Part shown: one piece after another, positions 50,283 through 63,520 of the stretch | Layout of the letters: each line of letters starts with the position of its first letter | How positions within the stretch are numbered: the first letter of the stretch is position 1 | Origin: Octopus sinensis | Taxonomy: Eukaryota | Reading direction: 5' to 3' | Length of the DNA stretch: 64,000 nt | NCBI RefSeq assembly: GCF_006345805.1 | Contig: NC_042999.1 | Span: forward strand, 14,880,001 to 14,944,000 | Notes under the pieces: generated by a model | Seen by the model: only the letters and a program-made list of their open reading frames with translations | Told to the model about the DNA's origin: nothing | Database searches by the model: none | Position numbers and translations under genes: made by a program

Positions 50283-53022
50283 TGTAGTGATCCTACAACG
50301 GCGCGCGCTCGCGCACCGTCCATTTGTATTTCGCGCGTGTTGGTGCCTTTACCAAGGCAGAGAAAGGAAGGGCCCTCTCGCGCATGCGCGAACCACCGGA
50401 AGCACGACCCGCTTGCCTATCATGGTAGTTAGCGAGGCAAGGGGGTCGTAGAACGTTTGACCACTAGCAGCAGTCATCGGGGACTTGGGACCCAGCGATT
50501 GAAGGCGGCGGTCACGCATATATTCTCTCCGGTTGATAGCAGCAGTCGGCCGAATGCCTTTAACCAAATTGTTGCCGACCACATTCAACTTCCCTGTTCG
50601 ACGCCATCTTGACCCCTTTCTGTTTTTGGCGGCTGGACATTGTAAATATTACAATCGATTTACTTTCAGCCTTGCGCGCCCAGAACCAAGGACATCAGAT
50701 AACACACTTATTGTTATTGTTTACCAAGAAAGAGAATAAAGTAGTTATATGTATATTTTACGTCTGCGTCTTGTTGTTTCTGACTAGTAGAATTCTGGAT
50801 TATTAAAGCAACGGCTAGTGAGTGATTGCTTTCTTGTACCCCGAAAGTACAAGATCAAATATTCACATCACACACTAAGTTCGTTTCACTGGTGACCCCG
50901 ACGTGATTCTGGTCTAAAACCAGAGATCACTTATGAACAAAAAAATCCAGTTTTTCTGCGAAGTCGGAACACGATTTAAATCTACGCATTCATCTTTCGA
51001 CGATTTGTTTCCGGCCACCACAAACAGTTGTAGAAGGAGCCTTTTTCTTATTCTACAGCCATGATGACGAACGCCATCATATATTCGATGCCTTTTCTCC
51101 ACCTTCGTCATCATCATCGTCGTCTGTCTACTTCACGTCGTCGCTATCTTCGTCGCCATCATCACTAAGAACGATGTTGTTCCAAGTCCACTACAGTCGC
51201 CTTTCAACACCGTCGACCTCCACCAAGATGTACATAGCAACTCGCGGAAGTTTGGTCCACTTGCCGTTTGTGCATTAGCACACCAAGAATTCACAGCCCA
51301 GCACTATCTACGAGATTTCTTCTGTTCCAGTTAACATGTCACAGCATTGAAGCCACAACCGTTACACGATATGTGTTCAACCGGCATCTGCATTTTGTGA
51401 TTTCAACATTCTGTTACAGAACGAACTGCTATTGTACATCAGGCTATTACAGACTGGTAAATTAACTATTGTCTGAAATAGCACTTGAGAGACATTTTTT
51501 TTCTATGCGCTGTATTTTTTGTATTTTGCTCGCATTCACCTTGTATGTATTTCTGTCGCACACACGTACACACACATAAATGCTCTCTCTCACATACATA
51601 CGTCACACATGCTTTCTCGCTTGTTTTTTTTTCCATGCTGAATTTGCCTTTTGTGGACACCCCTCATTTCTATAGACCCAAGGTCGGTCACGTATACATA
51701 GAGAGGGTTGTTTGTCCATTATAACGCGCCAGCATGTCATACTTTTGTTCCTGTGCGAACGAGGCATATAATCGCTCAACCACTGGCATATTCTTGCTGT
51801 TTTTTGGTCTGGCAAGCACTATTGCATTTCATGCGCCTTGCTTCGCACGTGTATTGCCTTGTTTTTTGCAACACGTTTGCAGTAGCTTAGTTTTTCCCGA
51901 CTGATAGGACGTCGGATGTTCACATGCGCTGCGCCATGGTTAGGCGTAATTATTTTTCCCTGTTAGACCACTGTTGGTCACGTAATTAACAGAAAATTAT
52001 CTGTGTCGCGCATCACACCAGCATGTTTGCACTTTTGCCTTTTGTGTTACTAGCGAGCTTCTGTCAATTCCATTTCCTCTCCTGCAGCAAATGATTTAAC
52101 TGCTATTTTGCAGGATCAACCACCTTTAGAGAAGTTGGATTTTAATTTCGCCTAGGTTCATTGACTGTGAGTTTTGCATTCCCTCCGCTTCCTACAGCGG
52201 AAGGCTCTATACTTTGTGACGTATACACTTTCATGCATGCACTCTTGATTTTTGCTCATTGAGTATTTTTTCTCTTTTTCCTTTAGTAAGTTTCTTGTGT
52301 ATGTTATAAATTTTGCCATTATATTATTGTGTGCTATTTGGTTATCTGGTGTCCACCTTGAGTTTTGCAGTCACTACAATAAGTTTCCCTTCGTGCGTAC
52401 GCACTGGAGAGGAGCCTGTAGTGATCCTACAACGGCGCGCGCTCGCGCACCGTCCATTTGTATTTCACGCGTGTTGGTGCCTTTACCAAGGCAGAGAAAG
52501 GAAGGGCCCTCTCGCGCATGCGCGAACCACCGGAAGCACGACCCGCTTGCCTATCGTGGTAGTTAGCGAGGCAAGGGGGTCGTAGAACGTTTGACCACTA
52601 GCAGCAGTCATCGGGGACTTGGGACCCAGTGATTGAAGGCGGCGGTCACGCATATATTCTCTCCGGTTGATAGCAGCAGTCGGCCGAATGCCTTTAACCA
52701 AATTGTTGCCGACCACATTCAACTTCCCTGTTCGACGCCATCTTGACCCCTTTCTGTTTTTGGCGGCTGGACATTGTAAATATTACAATCGATTTACTTT
52801 CAGCCTTGCGCGCCCAGAACCAAGGACATCAGATAACACACTTATTGTTATTGTTTACCAAGAAAGAGAATAAAGAAGTTATATGTATATTTTACGTCTG
52901 CGTCTTGTTGTTTCTGACTAGTAGAATTCTGGATTATTAAAGCAACGGCTAGTGAGTGATTGCTTTCTTGTACCCCGAAAGTACAAGATCAGATATTCAC
53001 ATCACACACTAAGTTCGTTTCA
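50283..53022 (+). mobile_element. Complete non-autonomous LTR retrotransposon, 2740 bp (probably Ty3/Gypsy-derived)
   Basis: 606-bp TG...CA LTRs at 50283-50888 and 52417-53022; PBS TGGTGACCCCGACGTGAT at 50890-50907; PPT GGAGAGGAG at 52406-52414; 4-bp TSD GCCA (50279-50282, 53023-53026); no long internal ORF. Confidence 0.95.
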
Positions 53023-53365
53023 GCCACAATCGGATGGTGCTTTTTACGTGCCACCGGCATGGGGGCCAGTCGAGGCTGGCAACGGCCACAATCAGATGGT
53101 GCTTTTTACGTGCCACCGGCATGGAAGCCAGACGAGGCTGGCAAATGGCCACAATCAGATGGTATTTTTACGTGCCACCAGCATGGGGGCCAGACGAGGC
53201 TGGCAAATGGCCACGATCGGTTGGTGCTTTTTACGTGCCACCGGCATGGAGGCCAGTCGGGGCGGTGCTGGCAACGGCCACGTTCAGATGGTTCTCTTAC
53301 GTGCCAACGGCACTGGTATAACAGCTACAATTTCCATTGATGTTGATCGATTTCGATTTTGCACA

Positions 53366-54075
53366 CTGAACACGGTTTACTTTCAACATCTTTGACAAAA
53401 TTTCATATTTTAGAAGTTATTTCATGTTAAAGTTGTCGTATTTGGGTAATTTTAACCAACTAATGATGTGTATTCAGCTCAAGAAAGTTACTTACGTTTG
53501 TTTACTGCCTGTGTTGCATATTACATGTTTTTTTTCCTTTTGGTTCTCATGTTGGAATAACCAGTAAACATCAAACAATCAACACCAAGAAGGAAGAAAT
53601 ATTAGTGGCAGTGACAAGTTCACTCACTGGCTGGTAGATGATAGTGTAGAAATGTCTGTCTGCCGGTAGAGAGGGAAAGAGTAAGGCATGCATGGTGCTG
53701 ACTAGAAAGGAAGAAAGCTTCTCTTCTGTGTCAGTTATGACCAAGGAGCAACACTTTCCCTTAGTGCTCTGCTTGACATACAAATAGAACAGAGTGGTGA
53801 CATTTAGTAGAGATGACCCGGAAGTTGTTTCTCTTTGATTACAATCACAAACAGCAGTAGCTTTTCTTCAACTGAATACACATCACTGATTGGTTAAAAT
53901 TACCCAAATACAACAACTTTCACGTGACATAACTTCTAAAATACGAAATTTTGTCAAAAATGTTGAAAGTGAACCGTGTTCAGCATGAGAAATTACACCA
54001 GTATACGAAGTTTCAAACTATTTAGTTAAAATAAAAATAATTTAAAAATCTGTGAGCAAAACTGAACAGATCCTA
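53366..54075. mobile_element. Non-autonomous DNA transposon with about 125-bp inverted arms
   Basis: 53366-53492 and 53857-53983 are imperfect reverse complements; a related arm occurs at about 38210-38425. Confidence 0.7.
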
Positions 54076-54078
54076 TAT

Positions 54079-54111
<33 letters not shown>

Positions 54112-54112
<1 letters not shown>

Positions 54113-55738
54113 CATCATCATCATCATCATTTAACGTCCGCTTTCCATGCTAGCATGGGTTGGACGGTTCAACTGGGGTCTGGGGAGCCCGAAGGCTGCA
54201 CCAGGCCAGTCAGATCTGGCAGTGTTTCTACAGCTGGATGCCCTTCCTAACGCCAACCACTCTGTAGTGGGTGATTTTATGTGCCACCGACACAGGTGCC
54301 AGACGAGGCTGGCGAACGGCCACGCTCGGATGGTGTTTTTTATGTGCCACCGACACAGGTGCCAGACGAAGCTGGCAGACGGCCACGCTCGGATGGTGTT
54401 TTTATGTGCCACCGACACAGGTGCCAGATGAGGCTGGCGAACGGCTACGATCGGATGGTGTTTGTTACGTGCCCACAGCACGGAGGCCAGTTGATGCGGT
54501 ACTGGCTACGGCCACGTTCGGATGGTTTTCTTGTGTGCCACCGGCACTGGTACCACAAAGATACAAATTCCATTGATGTTCATCTATTTTGATTTGTTTT
54601 GATTTTGATTTTGATTTTCACTTGCCTCAACAGGTCTTCACAAGTGTCACAAGAAGGAAGGTATGCACAGGTGGACTGACTACGTCCCAGGTAGGGGCCA
54701 CGGGTTATGGCCTGACTAGTCTTGCCGGGTCTTTGGATGGTGTTTTTATGTGCCACCGACACAGGTGCCAGACGAGGCTGGCGAACGGCCACGATCGAAT
54801 GGTGTTTGTTATGTGCCCACAGCACGGAGGCCAGTCGATGCGGTACTGGCTACGGCCACATTCGGATGGTTTTCTTGTGTGCCACCGGCACTGGTACCAC
54901 AAAGATACAAATTCCATTGATGTTCATCTATTTTGATTTGTTTTGATTTTCACTTGCCTCAGTGGGTCTTCACAAGTGTCACAAGAAGGAAGGTATGCAC
55001 AGGTGGACTGACTACGTCCCAGGTAGGGGCCACGGGTTATGGCCTGACTAGTCTTGCCGGGTCTTCTCACGCACAGCATACTTCCATAGGTCTCGGTCTC
55101 TAGTCATTTCCTTGGTGAGACCTAAAGTTCGAAGGTCGTGCTTCACCACCTCGTCCCAGGTTTTCCTGGGTCTACCTCTTCCACAGGTTCCCTCAACTGC
55201 TAGGGTGTAGCACTTTTGCACACAACTATCTTCAGCCATTCTCGTCACATGACCATACCAGCGCAGCCGTCTCTCTTGCACACCACAACTGACGCTTCTT
55301 AGGTTCAACTTTTCTCTCAAGCTACTTACACTCTGACGATTATGAACACTGACATTACACATACATTGGAGCATACTGGCTTCATTTCTTGCGAGCTTAC
55401 GCATATCCTCAGCAGTCACGGCCCATGTTTCACTACCATGTAGCATGGCTGTACGTACACATGCATCATACAGTCTGCCTTTTACTCTGAGCGAGAGGCC
55501 TTTTGTCACCAGCAGGGGTAAGAGCTCTCTAAACTTTGCCCAGGCTATTCTTACTCTAGCAGTTACACTTTCAGCACACCCACCCCCGCTACTGACTTGG
55601 TCTCCTAGGTAGCGGAAGCTATCAACTACTTCTAGTTTTTCTCCCTGGAACGTGGTAGAAGTTGGTCTCTGCACATTTCCAGTGTTTATTGCTCCTGAGC
55701 ATCTGCCACAGACAAAAACTATTTTCCTAGTTAGCCTT

Positions 55739-55741
<3 letters not shown>
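54112..55741 (-). mobile_element. 5'-truncated RTE (BovB-like) LINE: ORF C-terminus plus long tandem-repeat 3' UTR and (ATG)n tail
   Basis: ORF 55048-55674 has FRYLG, AMLHGSETW, RRLRWYGHV and RGRPRKTW motifs; continues into the repeat UTR ending CCATGCTAGCATGGAAAGCGGACGTTAAATGATGATG; (TA)n on both flanks. Confidence 0.93.
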
Positions 55742-55772
<31 letters not shown>

Positions 55773-55789
55773 GTCAATAAATATATATA

Positions 55790-55828
<39 letters not shown>

Positions 55829-55956
55829 TCATTTAGAGATAGTAGGCCCCTTCATCTCACCATATACAAGAATTTTAATTTAAATACTTACTACTTTATA
55901 ACTTGGCTACATGTGTTTCTTGAGGTAATGTTCCCATGATGCATCTCTGTACTTTC

Positions 55957-56340
55957 AGGAGTGGCTGTGTGGTAAGTAGCTTGCTAACCAACCACATGGT
56001 TCCGGGTTCAGTCACACTGCTTGTCATCTTGAGCAAGTGTCTTCTGCTATAGCCTCGGGCCGACCAAAGCCTTGTAAGTGGATTTGGTAGACGGAAACTG
56101 CAAGAAGCCTGTCGTATATATGTTTGTGTGTCTGTGTTTGTCCCTCTAGCATTGCTTGACAACCGATGCTGGTGTGTTTACATTCCCCCGTCACTTAGCG
56201 GTTCGGCAAAAGAGACTGATAGAATAAGTACTGGGCTTACAAAGAATAAGTCCCGGGGTCGATTTGCTTGACTAAAGGCAGTGCTCCAGGATGGCCGCAG
56301 TCAAATGACTGAAACAAGTAAAAGAGTAAAAGAGTAAAAG
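55957..56340 (+). mobile_element. SINE family A, full length
   Basis: Match to consensus. Confidence 0.9.
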
Positions 56341-56371
<31 letters not shown>

Positions 56372-57394
56372 CGAAAGAAGGTTTGAAAATGCAATTTAAA
56401 AGATGTTTATTTACTTAACCGGTTTCACTCTTTGGAAAAAGATTGTCAAAAGTAACATATGGAAGTTTGGTTGTGTTAATTATTGGTTGTTGCAAATTGC
56501 TACATTACATGTATAAATACAGTCTTTGGTAACAGGGACATGTTAAGGACATAAAAAAGTACAACAGTATGATGAGAATATAAAGAGGTTTAACAAGCTC
56601 ATTGAAAAAATGGGCAGAAAAGATTAAAACAAATATATTATACATCTTTCCAGGAGGAATTATCAAAAAAAGTTCAGTACAGAATATTATGAATTCAAAA
56701 AAATTTACATTAAGATTTACATTAATGTAGTGGCGAGGTTGTTTACTGACCTGTCCGTTTTAGCAGAAATGTGGAATTTATATATATATATATATATAAT
56801 GGTGTCTCACAACCAGTGTAAAGTATATAATTTGGTTCATTTATCTATTTTTATATTTTATTTTGTTTTATTCTTGATTCTTTTTGAGTCACCTTATTTC
56901 TTATGTGAGAAGTATCCTACATTATAATCCAGTTTCTCATGTAGATGAGTTGTGAATTACAACAACCAAAATGTATTTTAATGGGAATGAAGGAAACAGA
57001 CTAAAACGTGAGGTACCTTTTTGACACAGTGTATATATGTAAATATATGTGTGTGTGTGTGTGTCCACTGTTGCATATAGATGTGTGCTATGGGTTTGTG
57101 TCTGCTTACTGAAGTGGAAAAATCTAGGAAAATCTCTTTACAAAAAATGTAGAAACATTTTTTAAAAATCTCATAAATAAAACATATTTTGTGTTGTTTG
57201 TTTATTTCTTGTTGCTCTCAAAGTTGTTGTATTGTTGTTATTGATATCATTACCATGGCTACAGCTGGACAATTTTTGTTGTTTATTTTGTTACTTGTTG
57301 TTGTTGTTGTTTTTGTTGGTAAAGTAGTAAATCATGTTTTTATTTGCTTTTTCTCACGTCTTTGTTGCACAGATCTACCACACCCATTTCTATT

Positions 57395-57776
57395 CTTTTA
57401 TTCTTTTACTTGTTTGTCATTTGACTGACGCCATGCTGGAGCACCACCTTTAGTCGGGCAAATTGACGCCAGGACTTGTTTTTTTGTAAGCCTAGTGCTT
57501 ATTCTATCGGTTTCATTTGCCAAACTGCTAAGTTATGGGGATGTAAACACACCAACATTGGTTGGCAAACGATGTTGTGGGGACAAACACACACACACAC
57601 ACACACATATATGACGGGCTTCTTTCAGTTTCCATCTACCAAACTCCACTCACAAGGCTTTGGTTGGTCCGAGGCTATAGTAGAAGACACTTACCCAAGG
57701 TGCCACGCAGTGGGACTGAACCCGGAACTATGTAGTTGATAAGCAAGCTACTTAACACACAGCCACTCCTATGCCT
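57395..57776 (-). mobile_element. SINE family A, followed by a second partial copy (57780-57952)
   Basis: Reverse-complement match to consensus. Confidence 0.85.
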
Positions 57777-57952
57777 ATTACTTTTACTTTTACTTGTTTC
57801 AGTCATTTGATTGCGGCCATGCTGGAGCACTGCCTTTAGTCGAGTAAATCGACCCTAGGATTTACTCTTTGGAAGCCTAGTACTTATTCTATCGGTCTCT
57901 TTTGCCAAACCACTAAGTTACGGGGATGTAAACACACCGGCATCAGTTGTCA

Positions 57953-58345
57953 ATGCTTAGTGGTATTTCGTCTGTCTTTACATTCTGAGTTCAAATTCCA
58001 CTGAGGGTGACTTTGCCTTTCATCCTTTCGAAAAATTAAGTACCAGTTGCATACTGGGGTTGATCTAATCAACTGCCTCCCTCCCCCAAAATTTCGAGCC
58101 TTGTGCCTAGAGTAGAAGAGAATACTTAGGTGGTGAGCTAGCAGAAATGTAAGCACACCAGGTGAAATACTTAGTGGTATTTCATCTGTCTTTACATTCT
58201 GAGTTCAAATTCCGCTGAGGTTGACTTTGCTTTTCATCCTTTTGCGGTCAATAAATTAAGTACCAGTTCCGTACTAGTATTGATCTAATTGAGTGGCCCC
58301 CTCCCCACAAAATTCCGGGCTTTGTGCCTAGAGTAGAAAAGAATA
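57953..58345 (+). mobile_element. Two adjacent SINE family B copies with the alternative GTGCCTAGAGTAGAA tail
   Basis: Same head and central domain, different 3' end. Confidence 0.8.
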
Positions 58346-58954
58346 GAATGAGTTAGAAACTGGCTGGTCTTCCATGCAAAAACAAAAAACATGCCTTGGT
58401 CTCCATCGCAGGAGGAACTGCTCAAGAGCAGATCAATAACTGCAAAAAACAGATGCCTAAATTAAAAAAAAAGTTTTGACCTCGTGACCTAATTTTATAG
58501 TGACCTGATGTACATATGACCCTATATTTTGGGATGGGAGTATTATATTAACAATAGAAAATTTAAAAGATAACCACAGTAATCTTTGTGTCGTAGTCAA
58601 TACAAATACATTGTGGAAAGCCAAATTAATGGCAGTGTTCATTCAGAGATAATATCTCTTGTATTGTGTTAGATAATGCAAAATTTTATCTGTAGTAGAT
58701 AAAAATTTCTAACAATTGTGGGAATGCTAGTTATGCATTTCTGCATATTTAGGCTTCGTCAGTGGTATGTAGTCACATCTTTTATCTTTTACTTGTTTAA
58801 GTCACAAGACTGTGGTCATGCTGGGGCACTGCTTTGACAAATTTTTAGTAAAATGAATCAAGCCACTACTTTTTAATTTTTTTTTTAAGCCTGGTACTTA
58901 TTCCATCAGTTTCTTTTACCAACCTGCTAAGTTACGGAGATCAGCACTTCTTTA

Positions 58955-60190
58955 TGCAGCTGTCCTCCACACACATCACATAACCATATCAACACAGTCA
59001 TCTCTCTTGCACACCACATCTGATGCCTCTTATGCCCAATTTTTTCCCCTCAAGACACTTACACTCAGTCATACATGCACATCGACATTGCACATCCAGC
59101 AAAGCATGCTAGCTTCACTTCTTTCAAGCCTTCGCATATCCTCTGCAGTCACAGCCTGTTTCATTGCTGTGTAGTATGGCTGTTCTCACACAGGCATCAT
59201 ACAATTTACTTTTCACTCTGAGGGAGAGGCCCTTTGTTACCGACAAAAGCAGAAGTTCTCTGAATTTAGCCCAGCTTATTCTTATTCTGGCAGCTATGCA
59301 CTCTGAACATCCACCTCCACTGCTGACTTGGTCACCTAGTTAACAGAAGTTATCAACTACTTCTATGTATCCCCCATGGTATTTGATAGTCTATTTTCTG
59401 TACATTTCTGGTGTTTATTGTACTCATACACTTACCACACACAAAGACTATTTTCTCTGTTAACCTTCCTCTGATATTGTTGCACCTCTTATGTGTCCAT
59501 AGCTTGCACTGGGTACATCTTACAGAGTTTCCACCTACACTTTTTCTACATATCAAGCAGGTCCATCTATCAGAAGGCATTCATGATTTGTCTGCTTTCT
59601 TACTTACTAAAACTTTGGTTTTTACTAAATAAACTCTAAAGCCCTTTGATTCTAGACCTTGCTTCTACACCTGAAATTTTTCTCTCCATTTCTGGTAGTG
59701 ATTCAGCTATAACAATAACGTCATCAGCATAGAGAAGCTCCCAGGGGCAGCCTGAATTTCTCTGTTATTGCTTGGAGGACTATGATGAGCAAGAGGGGCT
59801 GAGGACCAATCCTTGGCGAACTCCTTGTTATACTCATTGCCAACCCTCAGCTTACTGACAGCATCCCTGTACATGCTTTTACAGCTCTCACTAACCACAT
59901 ATCTATCACTAGCTTCCACATGAACCACCACATAAGGGAGTGAAGGACCCTGTTGAAGGCTTTCTCCATGTCAACAAAAGCCAGGTACAAAGGTTTATTT
60001 TTGGCTAGGTACTTCTCTTTCAGCTGCCTTACCAAGAAGATAGCATCATTGGTGTTTCACCCTGCTACAAAACCAAACTGCATCCCATCTAGCCTAATTC
60101 TCTTCTTAATTAGATGGGCTATGATCCTCTCTGTAACATTCATCACCTGATCCAACAATTTGATCCCTCTGTAATTATTTCTATCTTACC
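58955..60190 (-). mobile_element. Degenerate RTE LINE RT region (older subfamily)
   Basis: Frameshifted pieces VRQLKEKYLAKNKPLYLAFVDMEKAFNRV, YADD (TATGCTGATGAC), and CxxC...CxxCKLWTHKRC zinc-knuckle insert. Confidence 0.88.
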
Positions 60191-60667
60191 TTTGTAAGAT
60201 AGAAGGCTTTGGTCGGCCCGAGGCTATAGTAGAAGACACTTGCCCAAGGTGCCACACAGTGGGACTGAACCTGGAACCATGTGGTTGGTAATCAAGCTAC
60301 TTACCACAAAGCCACTCCTGTGCCTCTACTTACCACACAGCCACTCAAGCGGGGCCAATTCTTCATTCTTGATATCATTTGTGTTCATAAGGCAGTGAGC
60401 TGACAGAATTGTTACCATGCTGAACAAAATGCTTAGTGGCATTTCATCCATCTTTGCATTCAGAGTTCAAACTCTGCCGAGGCCAACTTTGCCTTTCATC
60501 ATTTTGGGGTCAATAAAGTAAGTGCCAGCTGAGTACTAGGGTCTATTTAATCAACTTACCCACCTACACTGAACTTGCTGGCCTTGTGCCAAAATTCGAA
60601 GCCAATATCTTTTATATTTTGCTTTTAAGTCATTCTGCTGTCAATGAAATATTTACCATTTAAACAA

Positions 60668-61066
60668 TGGCACAGGAGTGGATGTATGGTAAGTAGCTTG
60701 CTTACCAACCACATGGTTCTGGGTTTAGTCCCACTGCGTGGCACCTTGGGCAAGTGTCTTCTACTGTAGCCTCGGGCCGACCAAAGCCTTGTGAGTGGAT
60801 TTGGTTGATGGAAACTGGAAGAAGCCCATCGTATATATGTATATGTGTGTGTATATGTTGTGTATCTATGTTTGTGACCCCAACATCGCTTGACAACCAA
60901 TGCTGATGTGTTTACATCCCTGTAACTCAGCGGTTCGGCAAAAGAGACCGATAGAATAAGTACTAGGCTTACAAAGAATAAGTCCTGGGGTCAATTTGAT
61001 TCGACTAAAGGCGGTGCTCCAGCATGACCACAGTCAAGTGACTGAAACAAGTAAAAGAGTAAAAGA
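60668..61066 (+). mobile_element. SINE family A, full length
   Basis: Match to consensus. Confidence 0.9.
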
Positions 61067-61274
61067 ATGGGGTTTATAAAATATTCTCTATTCTCCTCTG
61101 AATGTATGTCACCATCGCTAAGTTAGGAATCAATATTTTTAACCTTTTTTCTATTTTAACCTATTAAGCTCTAAAAATCATTTTGTGGGGCTGAACATCA
61201 TCAGATGACAAATGATCAGGGTTTAATGAGCTTTAATCAGTTCCTTAGAAAAATATATATTTCTTTATTCTCTC

Positions 61275-61496
61275 TTTCATACTTGTTTCAGTCATTTGAC
61301 TGTGGCCATGCTGGAGCATTGCCTTTAGTCATTCGAGTAAATTGACCCCAAGACTTATTCTTTGTAAGCCTAGCACTTAGTCTATCGGTCTCTTTTGCCG
61401 AACCGCTAAGTTGCGGGGACATAAACACACCAGCATTGGTTGTCAAGCGATTTGGTGGGGTGGGGGGCAAACACAGACACACAAACATATACACAC

Positions 61497-61551
<55 letters not shown>

Positions 61552-61710
61552 TATGACGGGCTTCTTTCAGTTTTTGTCTATTAAATCCACTCACAAGGCA
61601 TTGGTTGGCCCGAGTCTATAGTAGAAGACACTTGCCCAAGGTGCCACTCAGTGGGATTGAACCCGGAACCATGCGGTTCATAAGCAAGCTACTTACCACA
61701 CAGCCACTCC
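61275..61710 (-). mobile_element. SINE family A, full length
   Basis: Reverse-complement match to consensus. Confidence 0.9.
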
Positions 61711-61829
61711 GACTTGGTAAAAAGCATAAACATTTGTAAACATACAGGGTGACAATACTAATCAGTGATGTGTATGAATACAAACTTGTTACCAGTTCAA
61801 ATATGCTTGTGGCACATTTGTATTTAGCT

Positions 61830-62900
61830 GTATTTGCTAAACTTGTATTTAGCTATATTTGGGAGTGAGACACAGGTTCTGAAATCAGAAGACATGCATA
61901 GACCGGAGAGAAATGAAGGTAGTGCGGTTCCCTGGATGTGCAACATCAGTGCACATGTACGACAAAGTGCAAATGTATTGAAAGAAAAGTTGGGCATAAG
62001 AGGAACCAAATGTAGCACGCAAGAGAGAAGACTATGTCAGTTTGGACATGTGATGTGTATGAATGAAGACAGCTGTGGAAGAGGGAAGCCCAAGATGACG
62101 TGGGATGAAGCGGTAAGGACTGATATCAGGATGTTGGGCCTCATGGAGGAAATGACAATGGACAGAGATGTATGGCGATATGAAGTTCTTGAGAAGACCC
62201 ATCCTCGTCAGTGAAATTGAGTTCCAGAAGTGCTGTGTGTTCCACCCACACTTAAGAAAATTTCTCACACACTCTACCACAACAAACCAAACCACATATC
62301 TACATCTCTTCCTCACATTTCCACTTCATGCATTGGGCTTACCTCCCATTGCCCAATCCTGTCCTCTTGGCCCAATGCCACTGTCATTGCTCTCTGCTAG
62401 CTTCCAACCATGCCCTGTCCTACTGTATCATTGTGTATGCTCAGCACGTTGCCACCATCTCTATTCTGCTTTCTCCCACTCTCTCTCTCTTGCTCCTTCT
62501 CTTGCCCTTCCTTCAGGCTGGGTAACCATGTATTGCCTTTGTGGTAGCACACCTGTTTCTGTCTTCATTCCTGATCTCTCTCTCTCTCTCCCTGTCTCAC
62601 TATAACCTTTCATCATTGACACAAGACCACCTCCTCCAATTCGCTCTCCCCTCTCAAAGGAGTCTTTTTCTTTCTTTCTTTGTCTTGTAAGTACTTGGTG
62701 ATCCTGTCAGTGCAGGTGCCACTTAAAAACACCCAGTCCTCAATGTAAAGTGGTTGGTTTTCGGAAGGGCATCCAACTGTAAAATCCTTGCCAAATCTGA
62801 CCTTGTATGTGCTTGTGTCACGTAACAAGCACTAAGTCCACTGTGCTGAATGGTTGATGTTAGGAAGGGCATCCAGCTGTAAAAGTCCTGCCAAAACAGT
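61830..62900 (+). mobile_element. Degenerate RTE LINE 3' end and UTR
   Basis: ORF 61834-62214: GSET...WMCNIS...QERRL..FGHV..GRGKPKMTWDE; followed by the GGAAGGGCATCCA core of the UTR. Confidence 0.8.
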
Positions 62901-62989
62901 TACAGATTTCTGCCAGGTTGGCTCTTATCAAACCATCCCGCTCATGCCAGCATAGAAGGCAAATGATGATGATGATGATGAATATACAC

Positions 62990-63250
62990 ACAGAAACAAG
63001 AAAAAGGCTATGTAAATGTGAGATATGGGTTCACATATGTCATATGAATATTGAAACATGGACATTGATGAAAACGCTGTCTGACAAACTAGAAGCTTTT
63101 GAAATGTGGACATAAAGATTAATGTTAAGAATATCTTGGATGAAACAGGAAATGAAAGAAAATGTGCTACAACTAGCAAACACAAAAAGATTGTTAATCT
63201 CAACAATTAAAGAGAAGGAAGCTGAAGTTCTTTGGTCACTTAGTAACAGT
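62990..63250 (+). mobile_element. RTE-clade LINE fragment
   Basis: ETWTLMKTLSDKLEAFEMW..RLMLRISW motif. Confidence 0.75.
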
Positions 63251-63289
63251 ACAAGGTATATAGGAGTGACTTTGTCAATTCCTAGGGAG

Positions 63290-63520
63290 AGCTGTTTGTC
63301 AGCCACGTCTGGCCCCTGTGCCGGTGGCACATAAAAAGCACCCACTACACTCACGGTGTGGTTGGCATTAGGAAGGGCATCCAGCTGTAGAAACACTGCC
63401 AGATCAGACTGGAGTCTGGTGCAGCCTCCTGGCTTCCCAGACCCCAGTCGAACCGTCCAACCCATGCTAGCATGGAAAACGGACGTTAAACGATGATGAT
63501 GATGATGATGATGATGATGA
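63290..63520 (+). mobile_element. RTE 3' UTR-only copy
   Basis: Ends GGACGTTAAACGATGATG. Confidence 0.8.

Noticed and set aside
50930-51250. Possible gag remnant after the PBS
   Set aside because: Only a vague resemblance, with stops and no recognisable motif; needs an HMM search.
53023-53330. CRISPR-like repeat-spacer pattern (GGTGCTTTTTACGTGCCACCGGCA about every 60 bp)
   Set aside because: The spacers are homologous to each other, the array is part of an RTE 3' UTR, and there are no cas genes in this eukaryotic context.
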